From positions 1,364,001-1,428,000 of the forward strand of contig JAUFOQ010000010.1 of NCBI GenBank assembly GCA_040285855.1: a stretch of 64,000 nt of DNA. The letters are read 5' to 3'. The number at the start of each line of letters is the position of its first letter. The stretch's first letter is position 1. Shown piece by piece: positions 49,160 through 62,108 of the stretch. A program made the position numbers and the translations under genes. The notes beneath the pieces are model-generated. The model saw nothing but the letters and a program-made list of their open reading frames with translations, had not been told where the DNA came from and did not search any database. Source of the DNA: Eukaryota sp. GEM-RC1. Its lineage: Eukaryota.

Positions 49160-51211
49160 ATGTCACATCTTAAATGTTCCGTATGCGAAGAACTAATGGA
49201 GACTCCCATCACGCTTCCATGTGGCCACAGCTTTTGCCGTGACAAATGTCTTGCTCAATGGTTAAAACAGAAAGAAGCGGCTTCTTGTCCCGTATGTCGA
49301 GAACCAATACCTTCCTCGCCTCTCCGTGTAAACATCGCTTTGAGAGAAGCTATCGAAATTGCTAAAAACTCAAAGCAAGATGCGGTCATCTGTTTTGAAT
49401 GTGAAGAAGCTCCCGCCACTCTCTTCTGTGCTGACTGTGACGCCCATCACTGTGAAGAATGTTCCTCTGTGGTTCACAGGTTGAAAACGTTCCGATCCCA
49501 CTCAGTTGTCCCTATCAACCAAAAACCCAACATCTCTTCTTGCAAATGCCCCCGCCACCCCTCTAAACCTCTCGAACACTTCTGTACCAAGTGTTTGGTA
49601 TCCATATGCGACTCATGTGGACTTTTAATGGGTCACGCTAAACACTGTGAGGAATTAATTCCTCTTTCACAAGCCAAAGAGGACTTTGAACTCCAAGTCA
49701 AAGAGCTCCACCTCTCTTTGTCCAACGCAACTTCAAAAGTCTCTGGAAATAAAGAAGAAGTAGAAAAGGTTGTTGCTGAAGTTCTTGTCAATACTCAGAC
49801 AATTCTTTATGATTTGATCAACAACTTGGTTAGAGAATCATCTCAAAAGATTGTTGATCTTGGTACTGGAAATAGCGTGAGTTGTGCTCTAACTTTTGAC
49901 GAAGAATTGAGAGACAAAGGTAATGAGTTTATTGAAAATGCTTTAGAGGTGTTAAAAAGCTTTCAACAATCGTTCAATGAAAGCTTTGAATTCATTGAAG
50001 AAACTGCAAACTCTTTTCATTTGAAATTGTTGTCCAAATTGGTGAAGAAAGATTTAGTTGATGTTGAAAAGTTTGATGTGTCTGCAAAATTTAAGAAGAT
50101 TTTAAAAATTGCTCAAATTTCTGATGATTTTTCTATCAATTTCTCAGAATTACAAGGACTTGTGGTAATTGAAATTCCTCAAGACTTAAAACTCAAATTA
50201 TTGAATAATTTCATCAATAACTCTGAAACTATTTCAATTTCTCAATTTAATTGTATTAAAGAAATTAACCCTGAATTAACCAATTTAATGGTTGAAAAAC
50301 TAGAGTTTAATTCACTTACTGAAGAAGAATTTCTTGCTCTGGTTGGTACTTTTATTGAACTTTCCAATGAAGAATTGTTGTCAAAAGTAATCAATAATTT
50401 CTCTTTCGAAAGGGTTCCCGAAATTCCAGTTATTCATGGCAATCTATTATCAAGAATCAGTTTAGATAATGTTTCAAATCAAAACAGGGAAATTTGGTTG
50501 GAAAAAGTTATTATCAGAAATCTTGTTGGAGATGAAATTCAAGTAATTGGTAGAAAATTCTTGGGTAGGGAGATTACTTTAAGAACAATCAATGTTGGAG
50601 TTTGGGTTTGGAGTGAACCATTTTTGGGTGATCTCACTGAAAAAATTAAAAAAGGTTTTGCTGAAAATTGGGGAAATGTTGATCTTTCAATTAATTCATT
50701 CACCAGTAAAGTTCAAAGCTTTGAAGAACTTGAAAACTATGATGTTTTAGTTGTTGAAAGTTATAATTCTTGTCCTTGTCCAGGTCAATTTCTTGACCAG
50801 TTTTTAAACCAAGGTAAGGGTGTGGTTTTGTTTAATTGGTATCCAAATCGGATTCAAGGAGGATTTAGTAATTCTTGTTTCATTGGAGGTGGTGATTGTC
50901 ACTATCTTACCAATCAACGAGACCAACTTGACATGGTAAAAACTCTACCAAATGATCCTATTTTTCTTAATGTAAACAGTTTTTCTACTAACTTTGGTTT
51001 TACAACTCAAAAGTCTGTTAATGGAACTCTATTAGCTACCGTTAATTCTGGAATTCCTTTAATTGCCAAGAAAGAAGTTGGTGGATTTAGACTTGTAGAG
51101 TTTGGGTTTCTTAGTTACTCTAGTAATGCTGGTAGTGCGGGTTGGTCAAGTTCAACTGATGGACACAAGTTGTTTGCTAATTCTATTATTTGGGTTAATA
51201 AAATGGTTTAA
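49160..51211 (+). CDS. TRIM-like family copy F (intact)
   Basis: Full RING, B-box1, B-box2, coiled coil and variable domain in an uninterrupted ORF. Confidence 0.92.
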   Translation: MSHLKCSVCEELMETPITLPCGHSFCRDKCLAQWLKQKEAASCPVCREPIPSSPLRVNIALREAIEIAKNSKQDAVICFECEEAPATLFCADCDAHHCEECSSVVHRLKTFRSHSVVPINQKPNISSCKCPRHPSKPLEHFCTKCLVSICDSCGLLMGHAKHCEELIPLSQAKEDFELQVKELHLSLSNATSKVSGNKEEVEKVVAEVLVNTQTILYDLINNLVRESSQKIVDLGTGNSVSCALTFDEELRDKGNEFIENALEVLKSFQQSFNESFEFIEETANSFHLKLLSKLVKKDLVDVEKFDVSAKFKKILKIAQISDDFSINFSELQGLVVIEIPQDLKLKLLNNFINNSETISISQFNCIKEINPELTNLMVEKLEFNSLTEEEFLALVGTFIELSNEELLSKVINNFSFERVPEIPVIHGNLLSRISLDNVSNQNREIWLEKVIIRNLVGDEIQVIGRKFLGREITLRTINVGVWVWSEPFLGDLTEKIKKGFAENWGNVDLSINSFTSKVQSFEELENYDVLVVESYNSCPCPGQFLDQFLNQGKGVVLFNWYPNRIQGGFSNSCFIGGGDCHYLTNQRDQLDMVKTLPNDPIFLNVNSFSTNFGFTTQKSVNGTLLATVNSGIPLIAKKEVGGFRLVEFGFLSYSSNAGSAGWSSSTDGHKLFANSIIWVNKMV

Positions 51212-54200
51212 AATTTAAATATTTTTCAATCAGAAATTATAATTCACAGACTATTTTAATTTTCGCAATTTTTAAAGAAGAATACATCATCATTTTACGT
51301 TAAAGCGGTTTTTGAGCTGAACTTTTAGATATTGAGCAACTTGACCACGTCTACGAGTGTATCACACTCACGGAGTATGTTTAATAGCTGCGATATACTT
51401 AATAGATTGTTACAGGTGAGGCTGTGTTAGGTGTCCATATCGGAGTACTGTTCTATTTGTTTGATGTTCCCTACAAAGTAGGACATTGTGGGAAAAGTTG
51501 AAAATTTAACCTGTATATAGTCTCTTTTAGAGCCAAGGTTTACAATAATGATTAGACAAGTAGGCTGATTATTTGAACTGACATCATCAAAATTGGGAAA
51601 ATTTGTACTGATGACATTAAATACAAATAAGAGAAGGATCATAGTTTAGAATCTATGAAATATTCACTTTCAGCAATGTTTATAATTTTTGTAACAGGAC
51701 CTTTTTAATGTAATAAATTCTGTGTTATACCTTTATTTTTATTTGCATTCAGTTTCTCTGTGGAATCAACTGACAATGTTCAACGTCCCCATTCATTTAT
51801 CACATCATACTGTACGTGATGAGGTCTGATTGTCAACTTCTATTTGAATTTTAATCTACACTAACAATTTGTATCGATATTGGTCAGAATTCCTTTCTCA
51901 GGTCCGTGTAGAAGCAGTAAGAAGAGGCTGAAAAACAAATTGAGTAACACAACTACTAGTAGAAGGATTTTTTTTTAAATTGCATTCTCCATGTCTTTGT
52001 GGTCGCTCAACGGCTTCAAATTTTCATCATTTAGTTAACTGCCATCAATTTATTCATTTTCGATCAATAATCCACAACAGTATCCGGGATACATGTTTGG
52101 ATATGTTTAAGGCTAATGGTTTTCATGGAAAAATTAAACCTTCACTTTCTAATCTTTCTGATCAGCCAAAAGTTGATAGAAGTCGTGGTGATTTGATTGG
52201 TCCTTGGTTATCTTGTCAGGAAATGATCATGGATTTCACGACTGTTGATCCTTGTAATTCAAGATCAATTTCCAAAAATTTTGATGATGATTTTTCTGCT
52301 CTTGAAGTGGCTGAAAAAGGAAAAAATACAAAGTACTGTCACTTCATTAACCAATTGAATGTTGACAGGTACAATTCTTTGTGTTTCAACCTTTTGCGAT
52401 GTCGATATACGGTAATATTGGACCAGCTGCACAAGATTTTTCAACTTCCTTTGGTAAATTGTGTTCTGAGTACGGTAAAGCTTTGAATCAAAATTTCTGG
52501 TTGAGTAGATTAACGTTTGCATTGCAATGCACATATAGTTTAATTCAATTTTTAGGTAAGTTGTTCGGTGATGGACAGAAGGATCATAGTTTAGATACTT
52601 TAGTTAGTGTCTGTTAGATATTGTTTTCTGAAAAAGCCTTTATTTCACTGATTGATCATTTTTTTACAATTGATTCTGTTGATGACATTGTTGAAGATGT
52701 GATGCTGAAAATGACACATGATAAGTATCAATGTGATATTTGTTTATAGATACATTTCATATGTTTTGTTTGTTGTTTTATTTTCGGTAACTGACTGGGT
52801 TGAAATGCTGTAATGCATCAACTACGAATTTTAAACCATGGATAGTGATGGACACAACCAAGAATGTGTGGTCAATTTGATTTGATTTAATTTGTGACAG
52901 AAGTACAACATTGGGATTGGTATACAAATAATTGAAAAGTGAGATAATTGCTTGGTATCTATTTGTGCCTTTAATTAAAGGTATTTAAATGTTTTTTTAC
53001 ACATAACCATGCTATGAAAACACTTTTGTTTGTCCAATATTGCAATCATCAACATTTATAACTTTACTCTGAACCATTTCCTTGTTCTTCCCTTCGGTTT
53101 GTTGGAACACTCATTTTTCTTGTGATCTTCAATTCTACATCCTCCACATGGTTGATTGAACACCAAGATTGGATCTATGTGTAAGTCTCAGAATATACGA
53201 TTCAACGATTCAATTTATAGTCGTTTGATTTATTCTTTTAGAAAGTTAAAAAGTAAAACCAGAAAAAGAAATGAATGAATGTTTTTGTCCATGGAGATGG
53301 GCTTTGTCAGAGAGGAAGAAAGTGAAGACGATTAATATTTTGAACTTCAAACCCTAAATACCTAGTACAGTCAGGTTCCTATAATTTCAACCCTATCCGG
53401 ACCTTGAAATTACAGGAACCTGACTGTACTAGATACTCGAATTTTGAAGTATCCTTGTACTAGGTATTTAGGGTATTCAGGTAGGTATTGGTTATTGTTA
53501 TTCACAAAATCAGGTATCCACAACTATGGTTGCTATCAATCAACTTAGCGAAATCAGCATACTAGTATCAATGCACTGACTCAAATGCAATAATTTGAGT
53601 TATTAAGCCAGCCTATAAGCCTTCTGGCCAGAGGTGGATGGCTGGGATGAGAGTGGTAAACAATATGTTAACTACACTTACATTCTATTGAATGTTTTAA
53701 GGCTATCTTCATTATCGTACTTCAATGCACCCGTTGTGTATCATATTTGAACATAAAACGATTTTGTTAGGTTGTAAAATACTTCTATTTGTGAGAAAGA
53801 ACAATTTCTTTCTACATGTACAATGTACATTCTTGTTCTACTAAACTATGAATAACACTGATGATAACGATGACAACAGTTGTCCTTTACCATCTTCTCC
53901 GCCATACAACAAAACAACGTCTCGGGCATGGGAGTATTACTTAGAACTTAGAGATCCATCCAGGCTACATCCGTACCTTGCGAAAGACTGTTCTCAGAAG
54001 CTGGAGAAGTTCTGAGAGCAAGAAGAAATCGCCTCACACCTGTGAACACTCAAGTACTTTTGTGCTTAAAGTCCTGGACTAAAGCAGGCTTTGAGTTGTA
54101 ATATAGATCAAATAGGTGCTCATCCACCTTAATGTCTGATTTCAGTTTTTGATGAGTTTCTGAAATAAAAAATGATGTATAAGATGTGTATACACTGTAG

Positions 54201-57095
54201 CTCTTACCACTTGTACGTGGAATGATGTTGATATGTACTTTCGCTAGAATTTCAAGTATTCAGAGCGAATTTCCCACACAACGGAAGTATCAGACCATGT
54301 GATTCAAAGGAGATTTCATGGCTATAAAGCAAGAAGTGTTGGTCAGTGACAGTTGAATTCTTTGTCAGTGCAGTGCAATGGACAGAACAAGACCAGGACA
54401 GGATGGAGCTCAAGTGATGAATAGAGCCGATTAGAGGTCAAAAGCAACAGAATGTTGGGAGTGTTAACTATTAGATGCGAAATATGTGTTATGATTGGCC
54501 ATGACAGAAGACCACACTGTTGTCAATGCAAAGAGTTGAAGAGCTATTGTAGATGCACTGTAAAGAAATGTTGTATATAGAGTTGTATACATAGAGTTGT
54601 ATAAAGAGACTTCTGTGGAAAGAAAGAAGAAAAAGTTGTCACACGAGGAACTAATCTGACACACTGTGGTCTAGGTGTTTTCTTAAAGGTCTGGTCTGTA
54701 GTCTGTTGGAACAGACTTGGTCTGTAAGTCTGAAGGTCCGACCTTTGCCCATCACTAATTGTACTACACCACTTTTATATTTAGTACTCTTCAGAAACAA
54801 GAGTTATATCTGAAAACATATTTATATATGGAATGTGCCAAAACATACTACAGTACAGTACTATGGGATATCAGATGCTCTACATCTAACAAGAGTTCAT
54901 TCAATAGCTCATTGATTGTCTCGTCTGCTCCCATGTTTTGGGTCAAAACAATACTTTAAACTTGACTATAATTCCACCAAATTTAAGTTAAAAGTGGTGG
55001 AATCATATAAAAGACCACAAAAACAATCTGGAGAACACAATCTTGGGGTGACTTAAATTCTACCGTCTCTTACTCATCCATTGAAAACTTGTGGAAGTTC
55101 AAATTAACTTGTTGAGTATAAAGTATAAATGACAATATTTTACAGTAAAACCCGCAGATTCAGTTATACACTTTTCCAGTTGATAAGCAAATACGGACTT
55201 TCAGGTGTTGTTAAATACAATGTATAATTAATGAGTCTAAGTACATATCGATGTTACTTACAGTATTAAAAGGGTTTGCATTAAAGAAGTTTGCCAGATC
55301 TAATTCCCCAATGGTGGGTATCATCTAGATTTAACAGAGCAGATGTGGTCTATAAACATGTATACTCATGGTTCATATATAGTAGTGGAAATCTGGCTAT
55401 AATTTCGTCCTTCAAATGTCTCATCTTGAATGCTCCGTATGCGAAGAATTAATGGAGAATCCCACCACGCTTCCGTGTGGTCACAGTTTTGCCGTGACAA
55501 ATGTCTTGTGCAATGGTTAAAACAGAAAGAAGCGGCATCTTGTCCCGTTTGTCGGGAGCCAATACCTTCCGCGCCTCTCCGTGTAAACATCGCTCTGCGA
55601 GAAGCTATTGAAATTGCTAAAAACTCAAAGCAAGATGTGGTCATCTGTTTTGAATGTGAAGAAGCTCCCGCCACTCTTTTCTGTGCTGACTGTGATGCTC
55701 ATCACTGTGAAGAATGCTCATCTCTTATTCATCGACCAAAGACCTTACGATCCCACTCAGTTGTTCCTATCAACCAAAAACCCACAATCTCTTCCTTCAA
55801 ATGCCCTCGGCACCCCTCTAAACCTCTCGAACACTTCTGCACTAAGTGTTTGGTATTTATATGTGACTCATGTGGACTTTTAATGGGTCACGCTAAACAC
55901 TGTGAGGAATTAATTCCTCTTTCACAAGCCAAAGAAGACTTTGAACTCCAAGTCAAAGAGCCCCACCTCTCTTTGTCCAACGCAACTTCGAAAGTCTCTG
56001 GAAATAAAGAAGAAGTAGAAAAAGTTGTTGCTGAAGTTCTCGTCAATACTCAAACAATTCTTTATGACTTGATCAACAACTTAGTTAGAGAATCATCTCA
56101 AAAGATTGTTCATCTTGGTACTGGAAATACAGTTAGTGGTGCTCTAACTTTTGACAAAGAGTTGAGAGAAAAAGGTAATGAATTTATTGAAAATGCTTTA
56201 GAGGTGTTAAAGAACTTTAAACAATCATTCAATGAAAGCTTAGAATTCATTGAAGAAAATGCAAAGTCCTTTCATTTGAAGTTGTTGTCCAAATTGGTGA
56301 AGAAAGATTTAGTTGATGTTGATATGTTTGATGTGTATGCAAAATTTGACCTTGAAATGTTTGATGCGTCTTCAAAATCTAAGGAAATTTTAAAAATTGC
56401 TCAAATTTCTGATGATTTCTCTATAAATTTCTCAGAACTACAAGAACTAGTGGAAATTGAAATTCCTCATGAATTGAAACTCAAATTATTGAATAATTTC
56501 ATCAATAACTCTCAAACTATTTCAATTTCTCAATTCAATTGGATTAAAGAACTTAACCCCGAATTAACCAATTTAATGTTTGAAAAACTAGATCTTAATT
56601 CACTAACTGAAGAAGAATTTCTTGCTCTAGTTGGTACTTTTATTGAACATTGCAATGTAGAATTGTTGTCAAAAGTAATCAATAATTTCTCATTCGAAAG
56701 TGTTCCCGAAATTCCAGTTATTCCTGGTAATTTATTATCAAAAATTAATTTAGATATGCTTTCAAATCAAAACAGGGAAATTTGGTTGGAAAAAGTTATT
56801 CTTAAAAATCTTTGTGGAGATGAAATTCAAGTAATTGGTAGAAAATTCTTGGGTAGGGAGATTTCTTTAAGAATTAATGTTGGAGTTTGGGTTCATCATA
56901 GACCCTATTTAAATGATCTCACTGACAAAATTAAAAAAGGATTTGCTGAAAATTGGGGAAATGTTAATCTTTCAATTAATTCATTCACTAGCCATGTTCA
57001 AAGCTTTGAAGAACTTGAAAACTATGATGTTTTAGTTGTTGAAAGTAGTGGTTGGCCTTGTCCAGGTCAATTTCTTGACCTGTTTTTAAACCAAG
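49605..57095 (+). repeat. Segmental duplication unit 2
   Basis: Copy of 37502-44976, including the LINE relic (51980-52617), the mini-element and the hAT relic (53955-54101). Confidence 0.93.
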
Positions 57096-57504
57096 ACAAG
57101 GGTTTTGTTTTGTTTAATTGTTTTCCAAGTGGTATTCAAGGAGGATTTAGTAATTCTTGTTTCCAATGGAGGTGGTGATGGGGGTGGCTTCCTTATAATC
57201 AACAAACTCAACATCACATGGTAAAAACTTTACCAAATGATCCTATTTTTTTTTTAATGTAAACAGTTTCTGTACTAACTGTGGTTTTCAAACTCAAAAG
57301 TCTGTTCATGGAACTCTATTAGCTACTGTTAATTCTGGAATTCCTTTAATTGCAAAGAAAGAAGTTGGTGGAGGTAGACTTGTAGAGTTTGGGTTTTTTT
57401 GTAGTTCTAGTGACTCTAATGATGGTAGATATAATTGGTCAAGTTCAACTGATGGACATAGATTATTTGCTAATTCTATTATTTGGGTAAGTAAATCACT
57501 TTAA
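55416..57504 (+). pseudogene. TRIM-like family copy G (mosaic, with frameshifts)
   Basis: ATG at 55416. Shares the CACAGTTTTGCC frameshift with copy E and has further indels at ~57163-57255. E-like up to 57095, then C-like. Confidence 0.8.
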
Positions 57505-58375
57505 AAGTTAAATGCATGTGTCTTAGGTTTGACGATCACTGTGTGTCTATCAAACAGATATCTGAGTTACACGGCCTTTTTTTAAGAGTAGTCTTAGGAG
57601 CTGAAATAATTGAAACAACATGTTCAGGCTTAGATTTTTACAAAATCTTATCAAAAAACCGTCATTACTAAATTTGATTCGATCCTTTCTGGTTCGCATA
57701 AAGGAAACATACAACTTTATATCTTTGTTACATTAAGTACTATACATAACAATCACTGTCATTTGTTTGCCCTGTTGTGACGTATACAGTTTGATTTGGT
57801 AGAAAAAGACTTGCTTTTTTGACTTTAATTGTATGGGAACCAGCCGAGCCAACCGATTGCTACAAATAGAAGTATTTTCAGCTGCAAGCTAACTGGCTCA
57901 AATATTTCATTTTTAAATGTTTAACCCATGATTCGGTTGTTAAACAGAATTGATCAAAATCGAATGATGAATTAATAAAAGCAAGGTATCATGTACTAGT
58001 ACAGCTCTTATTATTCTGTTATTGTCCGAATGATGATAAAGGTTTCCAGCCCAAAGTTGGAAGCTTAGAATTGAATTTAATATTATTATGTATCTAATAC
58101 ATGTAGTTGTCTTTTGGTTGTTCTTGGCTGGCACTGTAAACTATTTTATGGCTATTCCTGAACACGCTACAATCATAACCCGTACAGTACTTTGTTACTT
58201 CAAAACTGGAAACGTTACTTTGTTTTGTTACCCCAAGTAGTACAACAAATGTAGTAACAGAAAATTTAGTACAACGTGGAAACATCAATTAGAGATCATG
58301 ATGTAACAAAACGCTTAAAAAACAGAATCAAAAAACAGGGTACAAGGAAAAAAAGTTCAAATAAATTTAAAATAT

Positions 58376-59845
58376 TTAATATCTAATTCCCCTTCTAGCA
58401 AGAGGAGTTTTCCTAACAACCATTGGAGAAGGAATATAAGCAAGAGCATTATGAACCACTTCAGAAATCCTCTCTCTAGTAAAAGGATCAATCCCAGAAG
58501 TCCCGAGAAGTCTATCTGCACACTCATTACACGTGTACAACTTCGAAGGAAGCAGCATTGCAGCAATCCTTCTATCAAAACAAATTGGACATTGATGGTC
58601 ATTCAACTTCTGCTTGAGCCTTACCACGATACTTTTCAACATTTCCTTGAGCTCTTTATTTTCCTGAATTAGCAACTCTGGACTTGATTGTGATGACGTG
58701 TTTGGCAACGTCATCGTGTCCCTCACTTCTCTCATTGATTCTGCATTAAGACAGTCATTGTCAACCCCTGCTTTAGAGCATATATTCTTCCACAGTGGTT
58801 TAAGAGAACTAATCAAATGAGTATTAGACAGATTGGTTTCTTCTATTCTTTTGACTCGCTCAATGGACTGTTGGTATTGTTGTTGTAGTTGCATGTTCTC
58901 ACGGACAATCTTCTTGTTAAGATCTACCATGTTAGATAGCTTTCTGACTACTGTGGAGTGGAGTTCTTGGGAGGTGACGTGATGGCTGTCTCTATCGTGT
59001 TCAAAGACTTGTTCTAGTAGAGATTGTTTTTCATCGAGGATGTTGTGGATTAAATTAGAGATTTCGAGAACGTCTGGATCATTGGAGTCAGAAAACTGAT
59101 TGACAGCGGAGATCCATTGTTCACGTTCGTTGGTAAGGGCATTGAGGTTGGCGGAGAGGAAGGCTCGGCGATGTGGCCGTCCGGAAACAGGCATAAGAAA
59201 AGGGACGATAAGCGCCGGCAAAATTCATTAATGAGATTCTTCCTTCGTTCCTCTCCTGAACGTATCATACTTCCAGCAACATGCCGAGACCAAGTACATC
59301 TTCTGTGCTCTTTCTGATGAAGAAGATAATTAGCAGGAGGATATCTGAAACAACTATGATTGCAATAACATCTTGACAAGCTATTTGGAGCCGAATGACC
59401 GCTTCCTCAATTCCGAAAGCATCTCATACGCTGTCTTTGTTGGAGATGGTAACTGATGAATCACAAAACTGTTCGAATCTGATTCAGAACTGATGCTACC
59501 ACAAATCGAAGACTGCATGTCATCACAACTATTCATAGATTCAATTCCACTCAAAGACAGATCCGATTCAGAAGGAACTGAAGATTCGTCAGAAGTTGGT
59601 ATTAAGGGGGGTTGCTCATGACGCTTAGTACTAGTATCAGATGTCATTCCCAACCACTCAGTTGAATAAAGGTCGTCAGTAGATTTAGTTATACCATGTT
59701 GGTCCCTGTATGTTGTATCAACGCTATCATCGTCATCCATTGAATGTTGGGAAGAAGATATAGACTGGTCAAGAAGACGTCTCCTCTTAGGAACTCTTGA
59801 CTTTGGTTTGAAATAGGGTGAAGGTACTGTTGTATCAAGTATCAT
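58376..59845 (-). CDS. Coiled-coil protein with a C-terminal degenerate RING/U-box-like domain; 5' structure unresolved
   Basis: CPICFDRRIAAMLLPS..CNECAD..DPFTRERI. Three successive same-strand ORFs could be one gene or two. Confidence 0.55.
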
Positions 59846-60242
59846 AATGCAGTAAGTTGAATGAACAATCTGTAATTGGAAATTTGAATCGATTCACATC
59901 TAAAGATTGTTTCGAGTTTGTATGAGTTACAAACTAACTACTAGAAGAAATATAGAGATAGCTATTTAAGATACATTGCAGTTGGTTCTTACCCAAATAA
60001 CCAAAGACATTGGATTGTGGCACTTATTTTGTCGTACATGCATATATGATGATATCATTGGAGATCTATAAATTTACTTTCACAAATAGAGGTTAAAACT
60101 ATACACCCACTGGATTTGGTGTTCAGAATTAAGGATTACCCTTTATGTTGGTAAACTGTTGTTGGTTATCTCTCCAGAAAATTCTATAATGTTACATTGA
60201 CTGTAGTAAGTCCTATGAATCATAGGCTATGATTATGACAAT

Positions 60243-61299
60243 TTATGATCTTTTGACTTGACTTGAACCAAAAACAGTCGACACAAAATCTACAAAACAA
60301 GCAGTTAATAAGCTGATACCAAATCCAGTGGTATAGTCGTTATAGTGATGGTTCATGTGAGACTTCCGCAGTCTTTTATAAACACCAATCACTCTTGATG
60401 CAGTAACGCTTGTTCTTCTACGTGTCCAAAAGTCTTCTGGAATGAAGTGTAATCCATAATGTGTTAAATCATAGGACACGTAACTTAGCAAGAAACCAGC
60501 CATAAAAGCTTTACTGTTGGCAGCACTAAGAAAAGTTTGTAGAAGAAAGTACAAAGGGAGAGTACCAAACAGAAATGCTGGAACTGGTGGAAACACTAAA
60601 CGAAATCCTACGATAAGAACAAAGTAGTCTTTACATACGGTCTGAAGGACATTTATGGTGATTTCCTAAGGTGAGAAAAATTGATGAAGATACCATGAAT
60701 GATAAATTGAAACAACTGCAGAAGCTTCTGTTTCGATTGGAGATGGAAAAGATATTTGTGAGTAAAATACTGCTGGTCAGAAATAGAAACAGACAAACCT
60801 CAAAAGGAGCCCAAAGAATAAGACCTATTATGAAGAGGATCAGGAATGCAGGAAGTGATATTGTAGATAACGCGGTGAAACTGAGGTATATGATTCCCGG
60901 AATCCAGAGAAGTGGGACTAACCAGAAGGGTGATACTGTTAAGTTCTCAAGGAAGTTGTGCTTGAATATGCGTATTCTGTTTTTGTGGACAGAAAAGATT
61001 GGCCGCCACACCCATGAGTTATATACAGAGGAGAGTTCGTTGATTCGGGAGGTCATAGGAGTGCGGGTGTCGAACTCGTTGTGATATTGTCGAGGATGAA
61101 GATCGTCTGTATCCTGAATCCTAGGAACTACTCTACCTAAAAGCTTGAAAGCACTATCAGAATGACGATGCGGACATTTTCTCATCAGTTCAGAGATGTC
61201 ATGGCCGTCTTGTGCCTCCAAAAGTAGCTTGCCACCGGGATGCCTATTCTTGTAAGAGGAAACATCATATACATGTCCATCAACAGAAACCCAATTCAT
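60243..61299 (-). CDS. FA2H: Cytochrome b5-fused fatty acid 2-hydroxylase (Scs7/FA2H), 4 exons
   Basis: VYDVS..HPGG b5 motif. Splicing three short introns yields EYFTHKYLFH, HGNHH, RLVFPP, YDLTHYGLH and HMNHHY His boxes. Confidence 0.92.
60608..60638 (-). other. Spliceosomal intron, 31 nt
   Basis: GTATGT..CTTATCGTAG; removal gives DRFRLVFPP. Confidence 0.85.
60666..60693 (-). other. Spliceosomal intron, 28 nt
   Basis: GTATCT..CTCACCTTAG; removal gives IIHGNHH. Confidence 0.88.
60770..60798 (-). other. Spliceosomal intron, 29 nt
   Basis: GTTTGT..CTGACCAGCAG; removal gives FEYFTHKYLFH. Confidence 0.88.
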
Positions 61300-61405
61300 G
61301 AAGACAAGTGTAAGCGGATATCACAGAGAACGTGAACATTGTTAGCATAATTAACAATTTATTGTGATGATACAGGCATGATAAAAAAACAGCTACAACA
61401 AGAAG

Positions 61406-61633
61406 TTAGTCCTCGGTATTTTCGGCGTCAGGATCATTTTTCAGTAGATAGGCAGCTAAGTATTGTACAGGTTTGGCAGGTCGTTCCTTTGCCAATGCAG
61501 CGAGACCTTGAAGAAGAATAGGAACCACTGTTTGGTCGAGATAAGCACGGATAGGGAGAGCAGCGCTGTTCATTTCAGCCTGTATATCTCTGGTGCTGTC
61601 GTTGCCCTGTTGTGTGTGTGGTTCTGAAGACAT
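61406..61633 (-). CDS. DPY30: Dpy-30 protein
   Basis: [37 protein letters not shown]. Confidence 0.93.
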   Translation of the reverse strand: MSSEPHTQQGNDSTRDIQAEMNSAALPIRAYLDQTVVPILLQGLAALAKERPAKPVQYLAAYLLKNDPDAENTED

Positions 61634-61739
61634 TACTTTTCCATGATTGTGGTGTTGAAGGAAAATAATGGCTACTTCAAGTTAACACCACTTCGCTGTC
61701 CTCTTTACTTGCTAAATCTCTCTTTAACCTTGTTGGGTA

Positions 61740-62108
61740 ATGCCACCTTCCTCATTGAAACTAAACAAGTTATCAAAAACGTTGTTTGGTGTGGGAACAA
61801 GTGTTGTAGACCAGTCTAAGCTTCGTACTCTTCTTGATTCCATTTCTTCTGTTGACGAGGATGATATCCCTATCTGTGATTTAGAATTATTAAACTCCAT
61901 CAACTCTTATGCTGCCTCAGCATGTCCTCCTCATCTTCTTGAAAGGCTCAGATTTAGCTCTCTTCTCACGCTAGGTGTCGTTATTGATACTTACATTGAT
62001 TCCTTTCTCCAAGGTTTAGACGAAGAAGCTCCTTTCAGTGAGTCTGCTGAGAACAATGAGCTCTTATCCTCCGATTCTGAAGCTTTATTGGACTCTGATG
62101 AAAATTAA
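61740..62108 (+). CDS. Hypothetical protein, weakly reminiscent of Rrn10-like proteins
   Basis: Coding-like ORF divergent from Dpy-30, with ELLNSINSYA..SLLTLGVVID and an acidic tail. The family call is tentative. Confidence 0.5.
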   Translation: MPPSSLKLNKLSKTLFGVGTSVVDQSKLRTLLDSISSVDEDDIPICDLELLNSINSYAASACPPHLLERLRFSSLLTLGVVIDTYIDSFLQGLDEEAPFSESAENNELLSSDSEALLDSDEN

